IMG/VR virus record: IMGVR_UViG_3300048802_000015
Coordinates: 17,906 to 81,905 of that record
Length of the DNA stretch: 64,000 nt
Strand: one strand, 5' to 3'
From: a virus
Taxonomy: Duplodnaviria; Caudoviricetes
This document shows positions 37,495-45,847 of the stretch, piece after piece. Made by a program: the position numbers and the translations under genes. Position 1 is the first letter of the stretch. Each line of letters begins with the position of its first letter. Below the pieces are notes generated by a model. That model saw only the letters and a list, made by a program, of their open reading frames with translations. It made no database searches and was not told where the DNA came from.

Positions 37495-38319
37495 CTACAT
37501 CCCAGGTACATAGCCGTGGCTCCTTTGCCGTGCGGCGAACTCCTGGGGACTATCTTGCTCTGCGTGCTTCTCCGCTACCGGTTCGCCAGCAGTGGCGGCC
37601 TTGGGCTTCACTTCGCCGGTAGCCTGCGACTCGGGCGGCGTCGTAGTGGGTGCTACGACTACCTTGGGCGGAGCTGGCGCCGGGGCGGCGGCAACGAAAA
37701 GATGTGCGTGCGTTGCCTTCAGCCCGGCAAAGAACGTCTCGGGCTGCAACGTGCCGTCCTTGCCCACGGCACGCGCGAACAGCGTGATCGCGTAGTCTGG
37801 ATCTGTGATGCCGGCCATCCGCGCATCGGCCCGGAGTTCTGCCTCCACGCGGGCGTCGTTGGAGTTGCGCAGCTTCTTCTCGAAGTGCTTGATCTTCTGC
37901 GCACTCTCACGTGTCATGCGCTCGTTGTTCTTCTTGAGCTTGTCATTCTCACGACGTAGCTCAGTCAGAGCTTGGGTTGCTGTGTTGGTTGCCGATGACT
38001 GCCCGCCGCCAGCAGGAACAACGCCTTTTGACTTGATGAACTCCGTCGCTTCCTCCAGGCTCATTCCGGTCTGTTTCTTGAGCAGCCTCGCAGCTTCCAT
38101 ACGGACACGGTTGATGAAGGCGGCCTCCGGTATATTAACCCCTTCAACATTTGTCCATCCCTTACGTCGGCCTGACTGATGCGGTCTTGGTTTGGGTGGA
38201 GTTGCATTCGTTCCCCTCGGCCTTGGAGCCGGCGGCGCGGCGGGCGCAGCCACAACGGGAGGTGCAGCCGCTTGAGCGGAAGCATTGGGATCTGTCGTAA
38301 GGGGAAGTTGGTCAGCCAT
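37495..38319 (-). CDS. Capsid scaffolding protein
   Basis: Pro/Ala-rich ends, central coiled coil, AGITDPDYAITL; directly upstream of MCP. Confidence 0.8.
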   Translation of the reverse strand: MADQLPLTTDPNASAQAAAPPVVAAPAAPPAPRPRGTNATPPKPRPHQSGRRKGWTNVEGVNIPEAAFINRVRMEAARLLKKQTGMSLEEATEFIKSKGVVPAGGGQSSATNTATQALTELRRENDKLKKNNERMTRESAQKIKHFEKKLRNSNDARVEAELRADARMAGITDPDYAITLFARAVGKDGTLQPETFFAGLKATHAHLFVAAAPAPAPPKVVVAPTTTPPESQATGEVKPKAATAGEPVAEKHAEQDSPQEFAARQRSHGYVPGM

Positions 38320-38412
38320 GGTGTCTCCTATACTCGCCGATATCCCGCTCGGTGGCAGCGTGCGGAGGTTCCGAATGGTTTAGATGTTTTGGAAGAATGG
38401 AAAGATGACGAA

Positions 38413-38847
38413 CTACAGCGTGGACTGACCGGAAGGAAGATCGGCCAGCAAGCTCGAAGCGAGATCGGTTGCCACCGCGTAGGTGAAGCTGGCGGTGAGC
38501 GCGAGGTCGGCGGCGGCGAAGAGAACTTTCTTGCCACCATCCCAGATGCACTCGCCAGCCGCAGGAACCAGCGCGCCCGATCCGCTGACCGGGCCCCGAC
38601 GCAGCTTCTTGACACCGGTTGCCGAGCCGCCCGAGACGGTCGCCACCACGCACTGGAAGAGGCCAGCCGAGGTCGGGGGGTTTGCGAGCGTCGAGACGTT
38701 CGACGTCACGGCAATGCCGGTCTCGGTGTAGCCCATCTTTGAAGCCGCGTAGGCGAGCAAGGTGCCGAGCCCGAGCTTCTCAGCGGCATCGCCGAGCTGG
38801 TTGATGTTGCCGGAATCGAGGACTGCTTGGATGGAAGAGGAAGACAT
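38413..38847 (-). CDS. Putative virion/head protein
   Basis: 144 aa, Ala/Gly/Ser/Thr-rich, head module. Confidence 0.55.
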   Translation of the reverse strand: MSSSSIQAVLDSGNINQLGDAAEKLGLGTLLAYAASKMGYTETGIAVTSNVSTLANPPTSAGLFQCVVATVSGGSATGVKKLRRGPVSGSGALVPAAGECIWDGGKKVLFAAADLALTASFTYAVATDLASSLLADLPSGQSTL

Positions 38848-38863
38848 GGGGAACCTCCAGAGA

Positions 38864-39259
38864 TCAGGAAACGTCGCCAGCGATCAAAAGTTCGATGTCC
38901 GCGGTGCCGACGAGTTTGATCGCAGTGATCTCGTCGCCCGAGTTGGGAGAATGCCAAAGCAACATCGAACTGGTCTTGAGGGCCTGGTCGGTGCCGGATG
39001 GACTGGTGAGAAGAGCCTTGATGGACGAGCCGTTGATGACCCGCATACCAATGAATCGCGCCTTGGTAACCGAGCCGAACGCCACCGAGAAAGGAACCAA
39101 ATCTGTGGCCCCAACAACGCTCAAGCGGCTGGACTGCGAGGCCGAATACGTCCCGTTGAAGGACGTGTTCATCATGTCGGACAGCGAAGGCCCACCGGGA
39201 ACGGCCAAGGGCTGGCCCGTCACGGCCCCGCTGTGCCATATGGTGACCGACTGGGCCAT
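38864..39259 (-). CDS. Putative virion/head protein
   Basis: 131-aa beta-rich protein in head module. Confidence 0.55.
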   Translation of the reverse strand: MAQSVTIWHSGAVTGQPLAVPGGPSLSDMMNTSFNGTYSASQSSRLSVVGATDLVPFSVAFGSVTKARFIGMRVINGSSIKALLTSPSGTDQALKTSSMLLWHSPNSGDEITAIKLVGTADIELLIAGDVS

Positions 39260-39435
39260 TAGACGGACTTCAGGCCGCTACCGGCGAGCGGGGTCTCTCG
39301 AACAGGATTGAGCTTGGTCCCCCATGCATCAGCTTCGCTGATCTTGGGCGGGCCGTTGTCGGGCGCGCCATGCGTCCGGTCGTAGTCGTCCAGGGGATCC
39401 TTCGGTTCGCCTTTTCCAGATTCTTCGGTGGCCAT
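39259..39435 (-). CDS. Small acidic protein (58 aa, not in ORF track)
   Basis: GGAGGG RBS; MATEESGKGEPKDPLDDY...NPVRETPLAGSGLKSV; TAATG overlap. Confidence 0.65.
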   Translation of the reverse strand: MATEESGKGEPKDPLDDYDRTHGAPDNGPPKISEADAWGTKLNPVRETPLAGSGLKSV

Positions 39436-39466
39436 GGTGCCCTCCGTTGCTGTTGATCTTGCGCCG

Positions 39467-39853
39467 CTAAACCGCTTCGGGTTCGGGCGTGTCGCCTTCG
39501 TCCTCGTCGTCTTCTTCCGCTTCGCCCGCCGCCTCTTCCAGCTCCTTCGCCAGTTCGGTCGCTTCCTGCTGGGCTACGGTCAGATCGTCGATGAGCTTCT
39601 GCACAGCATCGGCATCCTCGACTTGCCCCTTGGCCTTTTCGAGCATCTCGATGGCCTCGGTAACTTCTTGGGCGGCGTGGCTCACGCACTCGTGCGCGGG
39701 CGGAGGCGCCTCGCCCTCGACCTGGTTCTCGCCAGTGTCGTTCTCGCCCGGCTGCTGTTCGCCGCCTTGGGGCTGCGCGCCCTGGCCGGGCTTCCCAGAC
39801 TTGCCGGCCTTGCGGGCGGCCCAATCACCATAGTCGTGCTGAAGGTCGGCCAT
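39467..39853 (-). CDS. Highly acidic low-complexity protein
   Basis: 128 aa, Glu/Asp-rich. Confidence 0.65.
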   Translation of the reverse strand: MADLQHDYGDWAARKAGKSGKPGQGAQPQGGEQQPGENDTGENQVEGEAPPPAHECVSHAAQEVTEAIEMLEKAKGQVEDADAVQKLIDDLTVAQQEATELAKELEEAAGEAEEDDEDEGDTPEPEAV

Positions 39854-39856
39854 GTA

Positions 39857-40045
39857 TCACCTTTTGAGGTTGCGAGCCGGCGCAGCGGGCGTCGGCGGGT
39901 TGACGGGATTCGCGGCGTAGTCGGGCGCGGGCCGCTTGCCAGCGTCGGCAGTCGGGCAGCCGGCCTCGGCGTCGTAGCCCTGCTCACCGTCGGCAAAGAG
40001 GGAAGACTCGTTGACCTTGAGAGCAATTTCGCGGGGTGTTGGCAT
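39857..40045 (-). CDS. Small Pro/Ala-rich protein
   Basis: TGATG overlap; GGAGG RBS. Confidence 0.6.
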   Translation of the reverse strand: MPTPREIALKVNESSLFADGEQGYDAEAGCPTADAGKRPAPDYAANPVNPPTPAAPARNLKR

Positions 40046-40263
40046 CAACGGCCTCCCTTCAAATTCGCGGAGCTGTGGCGGTTCTTCACTACCGAACCGC
40101 TATCGGTCGGGTCGTCGTCGAGCCCACCGCTGGCGATGCGCGCCTCGCGCAGGTAGTTGGCATCGCCGGGCTGGCGCACTTCGCGCTCGATTTCTGTAGG
40201 CGTCTCGGCGTTCACCGAAGGGTGAAGTCGTCCAGACTCTTTTCCGGCCACCATGGTGAACAT
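40045..40263 (-). CDS. Small hypothetical protein
   Basis: 72 aa, ends NLKGGR. Confidence 0.5.
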   Translation of the reverse strand: MFTMVAGKESGRLHPSVNAETPTEIEREVRQPGDANYLREARIASGGLDDDPTDSGSVVKNRHSSANLKGGR

Positions 40264-40341
40264 CCTGTCACGGGTTTGCCGGCTCCGTCAAATGCCAATT
40301 CGTCGAGCGTGCTAAGCTGCATCCCGAAAGCAGGTGCCCTC

Positions 40342-40527
40342 ATGTCGATCGTAGGTTTGGTCTTGGTGTTGATTCTCGTCGGTGTTGTCCTTGCCTACGT
40401 TCCCATGGATGGCAGGATACGGACAATCATCATCGTGGTGTTGGCCCTCGTGACCGTCGGCTGGCTGATGAACTGGTTCGGACTCTGGGGTTATCTGCAG
40501 GCCGGGCCGGGGCACCGGATTCGGTAA
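40342..40527 (+). CDS. Small two-helix membrane protein (Thivi_2564-like)
   Basis: MSIVGLVLVLILVGVVLAYVPMDGRIRTIIIVVLALVTVGWLMNWFGLWG. Confidence 0.7.
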   Translation: MSIVGLVLVLILVGVVLAYVPMDGRIRTIIIVVLALVTVGWLMNWFGLWGYLQAGPGHRIR

Positions 40528-40528
40528 C

Positions 40529-41437
40529 CTACAGCCCGCGCGGCATTGTCGGGTCGACCGGGCCGGGGTGCGCGGGGGCGCCGTGATAGTCTTGACGCCA
40601 TGGCACGATGCAGCTTCTGTCGTTCGGGCGATTGGGGCCGTGCATCATCTCGACTCGTTCCACCCCGTGCGCCGTCTTTTTCATCCAAACAAAGGGGGCA
40701 TCCCACGCGACGGTTTGCCCCTGCAATTCCTTTGAATCTTCACCGGTGCGGGCATCCATCGTCTCGACCCACTTTTTCATCAGGCCAGGAACCTGCGGGG
40801 CAACCTCGGCGAGCGCGCGCTGGTTCGTGACTCCATAGGCCCACGCGCCTTCCGAACGGACAATCCGTTCTGCGCGCCACTTCTCGCGGTCGAAAAGCCC
40901 GCCCTTCGCGGCGATGCGATTCACGGTCTGGTCGACGCCCTCGCCTTTGATCATGGACAACGCGAGCTGGTTCCTCACCCGTTCGAGCGTGGGCATCGGG
41001 TAGTTCGCGGTCAGCTTGTGGTAGCGGTGCAATAGCGTGGGCTCGACATCCCGGTACACCTTCGCGAACACGCCGGCCTCTTCGAGCCGCAGCACGGGCT
41101 CGGTCCCAGCGAAGCGTTTCTCGAACGCTTTGATGGCGCCGACGACGTGCCGCTGGGCAAGGGTCGCAGTCGCCAGGCCGTTGTTGTCCAGCTCGGTGGC
41201 GAGGCCCGTCTGAAAGACCTTCAGGCCGTCGCGCACCTGCAGCAGCACCAGGCGCAGGTGGAACGCCGTGAAGGACTGGTCCTTGCCGCCTCGGCGCAGG
41301 TCTGCCAGTTCGGCTTCGAGCTCGGACCGCACGGTCTCGTAGAGGGACCGCACCTTGCGGATGCCGCCCAGCTCGATCACCCCTTGAAGTTGGGCGCGGT
41401 GCAGATTGATCACCTTTGCGACGATGGAGGACGGCAC
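40529..41437 (-). CDS. Minor head protein (MuF/gp7 family)
   Basis: RAERIVRSEGAWAY, MKKWVETMDART, HGPNRPNDRSCIVPW. Confidence 0.85.
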   Translation of the reverse strand: MPSSIVAKVINLHRAQLQGVIELGGIRKVRSLYETVRSELEAELADLRRGGKDQSFTAFHLRLVLLQVRDGLKVFQTGLATELDNNGLATATLAQRHVVGAIKAFEKRFAGTEPVLRLEEAGVFAKVYRDVEPTLLHRYHKLTANYPMPTLERVRNQLALSMIKGEGVDQTVNRIAAKGGLFDREKWRAERIVRSEGAWAYGVTNQRALAEVAPQVPGLMKKWVETMDARTGEDSKELQGQTVAWDAPFVWMKKTAHGVERVEMMHGPNRPNDRSCIVPWRQDYHGAPAHPGPVDPTMPRGL

Positions 41438-41440
41438 CGG

Positions 41441-41905
41441 CTACTCGTCTTTCTTGCCGGTCCCTCGCATGGGCGGCGGCGTCTTGCCGTTCTCGATGGC
41501 CCGCTCACGTTCGTGCACTTCGTCATGGCACGCGGCGCAGATCGCGTGAAGAGCCTTGGGATCATTGACGTGACCAAGCGCAATCCCTTGCTTCAGATCC
41601 TTCCGGTTCTTCGCCTCCGGATCCTTTGCGATCTCCTTGGGGTGCCCAGAGATGTGGTCCAACGTCAAATCCTTCTGGGGTGTCGGGCAATGTTCGTTAC
41701 TGCAGCGCCAGTGATCGCGCCTGAACACGGTCAAGGCGATTCTGGGATCAACCCCACCTTTCCCATCCTTCTCCAACGTGGTTCCGTGTTCCTTGGCCTC
41801 CCGCTGTATCGTTGCCACCACGTCGGCGTCCGACATCGCCTTGCCGGCGGCGCGACGTCCTGCCTTGATCTTGCGGCGGGCCCAGCCTTCTAGTTTGCGT
41901 GCCAT
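41441..41905 (-). CDS. HNH-family protein in head module
   Basis: VFRRDHWRC...LTLDH...LHAICAACHDEVH. Confidence 0.7.
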   Translation of the reverse strand: MARKLEGWARRKIKAGRRAAGKAMSDADVVATIQREAKEHGTTLEKDGKGGVDPRIALTVFRRDHWRCSNEHCPTPQKDLTLDHISGHPKEIAKDPEAKNRKDLKQGIALGHVNDPKALHAICAACHDEVHERERAIENGKTPPPMRGTGKKDE

Positions 41906-42444
41906 CAGCCTGCTCCCTTCAAGGGCACGGACCCGCGGGCCAGCACGGCGCCCTCAGGGAATGCCCGCATTGGCTGGCCGTCCTGGGACATCGCGAACTC
42001 GCTGGTCTGCCCGCACTCCTGCAGAGTCAGTGGATTGGGATTTCCCGCCATGGCGTCGTAGCCGCCGTTGTCCGGCACCAGGTCGGGCAGATTCGCCAGC
42101 AGTTCCGCGTATGGGTCTTTGTCCGCCGGCTTGACCAGCACGCAGGTCTCGACTCGCGCGGTGGCGTAGCCGGGCGGAAACTGGCTGGTGACCGGCTGTC
42201 CAACGAACGGCCGCAGGCCCGATGGCTGGCGCGGCGGCGGCACGAAGGCGGACTGCGCGGGAGCGGACTGCTGCCCACCGAGCGGCACGAGGATGTAGCC
42301 GCCGTTGTGCAGCCCCCACGCGTATCCGGGAGGCGGAACCGGCAAGGTCGGCGCGGCGGCCTGCTGCTGGGGCTGGCGCGGTTCTTCTGGCTGTCTCTGG
42401 CCGCGCCCTGTGCGTCGCTGCGCCCAGTTTGAAAAGTCAGCCAT
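41905..42444 (-). CDS. Hypothetical Pro/Gln-rich protein
   Basis: 179 aa, overlapping starts/stops with neighbours. Confidence 0.6.
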   Translation of the reverse strand: MADFSNWAQRRTGRGQRQPEEPRQPQQQAAAPTLPVPPPGYAWGLHNGGYILVPLGGQQSAPAQSAFVPPPRQPSGLRPFVGQPVTSQFPPGYATARVETCVLVKPADKDPYAELLANLPDLVPDNGGYDAMAGNPNPLTLQECGQTSEFAMSQDGQPMRAFPEGAVLARGSVPLKGAG

Positions 42445-42832
42445 TGGTCCCTCCGAATTGCCGTTTTAAGATCGCCCAGTCGGGTGGCAGTGCCAAATCG
42501 TCGATGAAGGCATCGACAAGCGGCTTGCCCGGACTTGTCCACACATCGTCGAAAAGTTCCCAAAGCCCGACCGACTTCAGGAACGCCCGCATCTCGTCGA
42601 AGAGATCCCATTGGAACCGGGTACGGGCCGGAACCTCGCCGTATTGCCAGAAGCGCCCGGCTTCATCTTCCAGCACCGGTGCGGCGCCGTCAGGGGTGGA
42701 GCGCGCCGAGTGAAGAGTCAGGTGATGGCCTACCGCCTTGAACGCGCGCAAGGCATCGGCCGCACCAGCACGGAGGCGAAGCGGCGGGCCTTCTACCAGC
42801 GTCTTGTCCAGATCGATCGCGATGCGCAGCAC
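42437..42832 (-). CDS. HAD-superfamily hydrolase-like protein
   Basis: IAIDLDKTL (motif I), PGKPLVDAFIDD (motifs III/IV). Confidence 0.7.
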   Translation of the reverse strand: MLRIAIDLDKTLVEGPPLRLRAGAADALRAFKAVGHHLTLHSARSTPDGAAPVLEDEAGRFWQYGEVPARTRFQWDLFDEMRAFLKSVGLWELFDDVWTSPGKPLVDAFIDDLALPPDWAILKRQFGGTNG

Positions 42833-44499
42833 TAGGGCTTCCCCCCCTGCCCGGCCGGCGGTGCCGGTGGCTCGTTCTTGTCCGCCGGTGGTGGCGCGTC
42901 CATGTTGCCGAACATCTGCGCCGACTCGTCCGCCTTCTGCTTTTCGATCTTCTCAATCATTGCCGCCGAGTCCTGCACCCCGAAGATGGGCGCCGCCTGG
43001 TTGATTGCCGTCTCGCTGTCAATCAGCTCGCTGGTCTTCGCCGAGACGATCGTCGTGACCTGCATCTGCTTGTCTGTCTCGGTGGGCGAGAAGTAGGCGC
43101 CCCACTTGAGGCGAATCCAGCCGCCCGGCCCGAGCACCCGCGGCGAGCCGTCCGACTTCTTCGGCAGGTCGAGCTCGAGTACGACCGTCTCGTCGCCGCG
43201 CTGGACTTCGGCGCCGTGGAACTTCCGCGCCATCATCTCGGCCAGGCGCAAGATCGGAATCACCCCGCAGTCGCCCCACTGGCTGCGGAACTCGTCGGCC
43301 TGTTCCAGCATGGGCGCGTAGATGTACTCCATCGCCTTCGCCGATTGGGCAGCGCCTGAGAGCTTCTCCGGGTCGGCCAGCACGCAGCGGGTGACGTCGA
43401 GGATGTTCTGCTTGAGCCGGTCGACCAGCTTGTGGCCGGCTTCGACACCGCTGGCGATCATCTCCAAATACTTGGCGTCGCCCTGGCTGCCCACGTAGAG
43501 CGCGTTGTCGCTGCCCTTTCGCACCGAGCCGCCCATGGCCAGTAGCTCCTTCGGATCGATCTTGAGCACCAGCGTGGGGTCGAGGTTCAGCAGCAGCGCC
43601 TTATTCATCTGGCTCAACAGGCGATCGATGGTGTCGAAGGATTGCCACGCGCCCTGGCAGTCTGGGTCGCCGTCCTCTTGCTCGATGACCGGCTTGTTCT
43701 GAATCCACACGCCTGGGAAAACTCCGAGGCCGTGCTCGGCCGTCGACTCCACCTCCCAGGCGAGATTCGCCGCGGGTTCGATCTTCACCGGCTTGTAGAC
43801 GGTGTCGTCCTGGTCGGTGATGATTCGCCGGTACAGGTACTCGACCACCCGGCTGGTCATCTCGCCGGTCTTCGGGTCGGTGACGAACTCCTCCTGCGGG
43901 TAGCGGTAGATGATGAGCGCCGCCAGGGGTTCGAGGGCGCGCCGATCTTTCCAGAGAATCTGCACGTGCTTCGGGTTGTGGGCCTGCATCACGAAACGGC
44001 CGCGCTTCAGGTGCAGGGTCACCATTACCGAGCCGCAGGCCCCGCCGATCGCGCGCGCCTCACGCCACCGCGCCCAGAAGCGCATCTGCTCCATGCAGGC
44101 GTGAAGGAAGTCGTCGGTGTCCGGGTCGCCTTCGACCTCGACGTCCGGCTTGCGCGCGTCGCTGAACAGCAGGCCGGTGAAGCGGTCGACGATTGCTTTC
44201 GCGAGGTGGTAGGGAGCCGTGGGACGCTTCTGGCGGGCAAGTAGGTTCAGGGCTGGCTGGTTCCATCCGATCGGCACCTGGACGTTCGGGCTGACGGTCT
44301 CGGCCGCATCGGCGGGCAGGCCAGACCAGTCATATGGCTGATGCAGATATTGTGTGCAGAGGTAGTGCGCCTCGTACCTGTTGATCTGGCGGAAGCGCTG
44401 CGTCTCCCCAACCACAGCCTGGTCAAAAAAGTATTGCTTGATGTCCGCTGCCAGCGGGATCCTGACCGAGACGTTCGCGGTCTGCGCCGTCGTGCTCAT
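42832..44499 (-). CDS. Portal protein
   Basis: 555 aa; AKAIVDRFTGLLF, GVFPGVWIQN, LSGAAQSAKAME; upstream of MuF. Confidence 0.88.
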   Translation of the reverse strand: MSTTAQTANVSVRIPLAADIKQYFFDQAVVGETQRFRQINRYEAHYLCTQYLHQPYDWSGLPADAAETVSPNVQVPIGWNQPALNLLARQKRPTAPYHLAKAIVDRFTGLLFSDARKPDVEVEGDPDTDDFLHACMEQMRFWARWREARAIGGACGSVMVTLHLKRGRFVMQAHNPKHVQILWKDRRALEPLAALIIYRYPQEEFVTDPKTGEMTSRVVEYLYRRIITDQDDTVYKPVKIEPAANLAWEVESTAEHGLGVFPGVWIQNKPVIEQEDGDPDCQGAWQSFDTIDRLLSQMNKALLLNLDPTLVLKIDPKELLAMGGSVRKGSDNALYVGSQGDAKYLEMIASGVEAGHKLVDRLKQNILDVTRCVLADPEKLSGAAQSAKAMEYIYAPMLEQADEFRSQWGDCGVIPILRLAEMMARKFHGAEVQRGDETVVLELDLPKKSDGSPRVLGPGGWIRLKWGAYFSPTETDKQMQVTTIVSAKTSELIDSETAINQAAPIFGVQDSAAMIEKIEKQKADESAQMFGNMDAPPPADKNEPPAPPAGQGGKP

Positions 44500-45014
44500 G
44501 GAGTCTCTCCTGCGCTCGGGAAGTTCGACCGCGCGTTTAACTCGGGATGCGTATTGATGAATGTCTCGCGTGCCTGGGCGGCGGCCAGCTCGGTCGCGTG
44601 GATCCCAAGGTAGTGTTGTTTACCGGCGACCATGATTTGCGCTCGCCATTTCCTTTTTGCCCTATCCAAGGTGATCCCAAGATACTGGCTCGACGGGTTT
44701 TTCACGCGACGGCTGCAATTCCGAAGATTTTGAGCCGTCGTTACCTCGTCCAGGTTTTTGCGCCGATTGTCGAGCCCGTCGCCATTCCCGTGGTCCGTAA
44801 GCATAGCATCAGCAATTGGTCGCCCAAGTTTGCGCGCGAGAATTACCCGATGCATCGTCTCCTGCGTCCACCCTCCTCCGTGACGGCGTACACTCCTATG
44901 AGCATAGAAGGTATTCCTTTGTCGATGCGCGCTCCACTTGTGCGCAGCGATTGCCTCGAAGTCCTCGTCATCGACGAGGGCCACCTTGCCTTGGCTGAGC
45001 TGGATTTCCTTCAT
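44496..45014 (-). CDS. HNH-AP2 endonuclease (paralog 2 of 3)
   Basis: MKEIQLSQGKVALVDDED, TDHGNGDGLDNRRKNL, SQYLGI. Confidence 0.92.
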   Translation of the reverse strand: MKEIQLSQGKVALVDDEDFEAIAAHKWSAHRQRNTFYAHRSVRRHGGGWTQETMHRVILARKLGRPIADAMLTDHGNGDGLDNRRKNLDEVTTAQNLRNCSRRVKNPSSQYLGITLDRAKRKWRAQIMVAGKQHYLGIHATELAAAQARETFINTHPELNARSNFPSAGETP

Positions 45015-45286
45015 AGCTGCTCTCCGCCTGACATCCTATCACTGGGCGGCGTGGGGATGATAGCCGCGTGCAGCGCCTTGCCCCACAGCCTGTTCCACCA
45101 GCTCGGGCGAATCGCCGCCACATTGGCGTCCAGCTCCACCGGCACGCCGTCCATATTGGTGACGGTCGGGACCGGGAGCGTGTCGGCGAAGACCCGCGCT
45201 ATCGTGGGACGAACGCCTGGATCTTCCGCTGGCTCTCCAGCTGGTGCTGCCGAATCCGCTCCTGATTCACCATGTCCTTGATCCAT
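45011..45286 (-). CDS. Hypothetical protein (start uncertain)
   Basis: ATGA overlap with downstream HNH, but overlaps upstream gene by 88 nt. Confidence 0.35.
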   Translation of the reverse strand: MDQGHGESGADSAAPAGEPAEDPGVRPTIARVFADTLPVPTVTNMDGVPVELDANVAAIRPSWWNRLWGKALHAAIIPTPPSDRMSGGEQL

Positions 45287-45663
45287 CGCCAAAAAGCCTC
45301 CGGTCCAGAGAACCAGGCAGTGACCTGCGAATCGGTCAGCGCCAGGCGCTTGGGTAGTTGCTTGTCCGCCGGTCGCCGCCACTGCCCTTCAAGGATGGGC
45401 CGCGAGGGCTCCAGCGGGTTCGTCGACTCGCAGCCGGGCGGGATACTGTTTGCTGGCCAGTACGAAAAGCCCGCCCGTTCGAGTGCCTGCTTGAACTGCT
45501 CGACGCGCCGGCCGTGCTGGGCGTCCGCCACTACCTCGCGATGCTGGACCGGGTCGAATACCGGGCGCAGCGGTGTATCGGCGGCAGACGTTCCTTCCTT
45601 GAGGGCCTGCATCGTGCGGGCGAATTCCTCGGGATTGAACGTCGTGCCGTCAGATAGCGCCAT
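45199..45663 (-). CDS. Hypothetical protein
   Basis: 154 aa, TGATG overlap. Confidence 0.6.
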   Translation of the reverse strand: MALSDGTTFNPEEFARTMQALKEGTSAADTPLRPVFDPVQHREVVADAQHGRRVEQFKQALERAGFSYWPANSIPPGCESTNPLEPSRPILEGQWRRPADKQLPKRLALTDSQVTAWFSGPEAFWRWIKDMVNQERIRQHQLESQRKIQAFVPR

Positions 45664-45812
45664 CAGGAACCCAGGGGGACGATGGGTGGCAGCGGCTGCG
45701 CCTCGACGTGCTTCGGCTCAGCCGTCTCGCCCTTGTCGAGCGGCGGGTGCGGCTCGAACTTCGGGGTATGGTCGCAGTCTCCCTCGCAGTCGTGCTTGCG
45801 TTCGGTGGGCAT
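45663..45812 (-). CDS. Small hypothetical protein (49 aa, not in ORF track)
   Basis: GGAGG RBS; MPTERKHDCEGDCDHTPKF... Confidence 0.55.
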   Translation of the reverse strand: MPTERKHDCEGDCDHTPKFEPHPPLDKGETAEPKHVEAQPLPPIVPLGS

Positions 45813-45847
45813 CGTGACCTCCTGGCTGAAGCCTATCACACCGTTGG

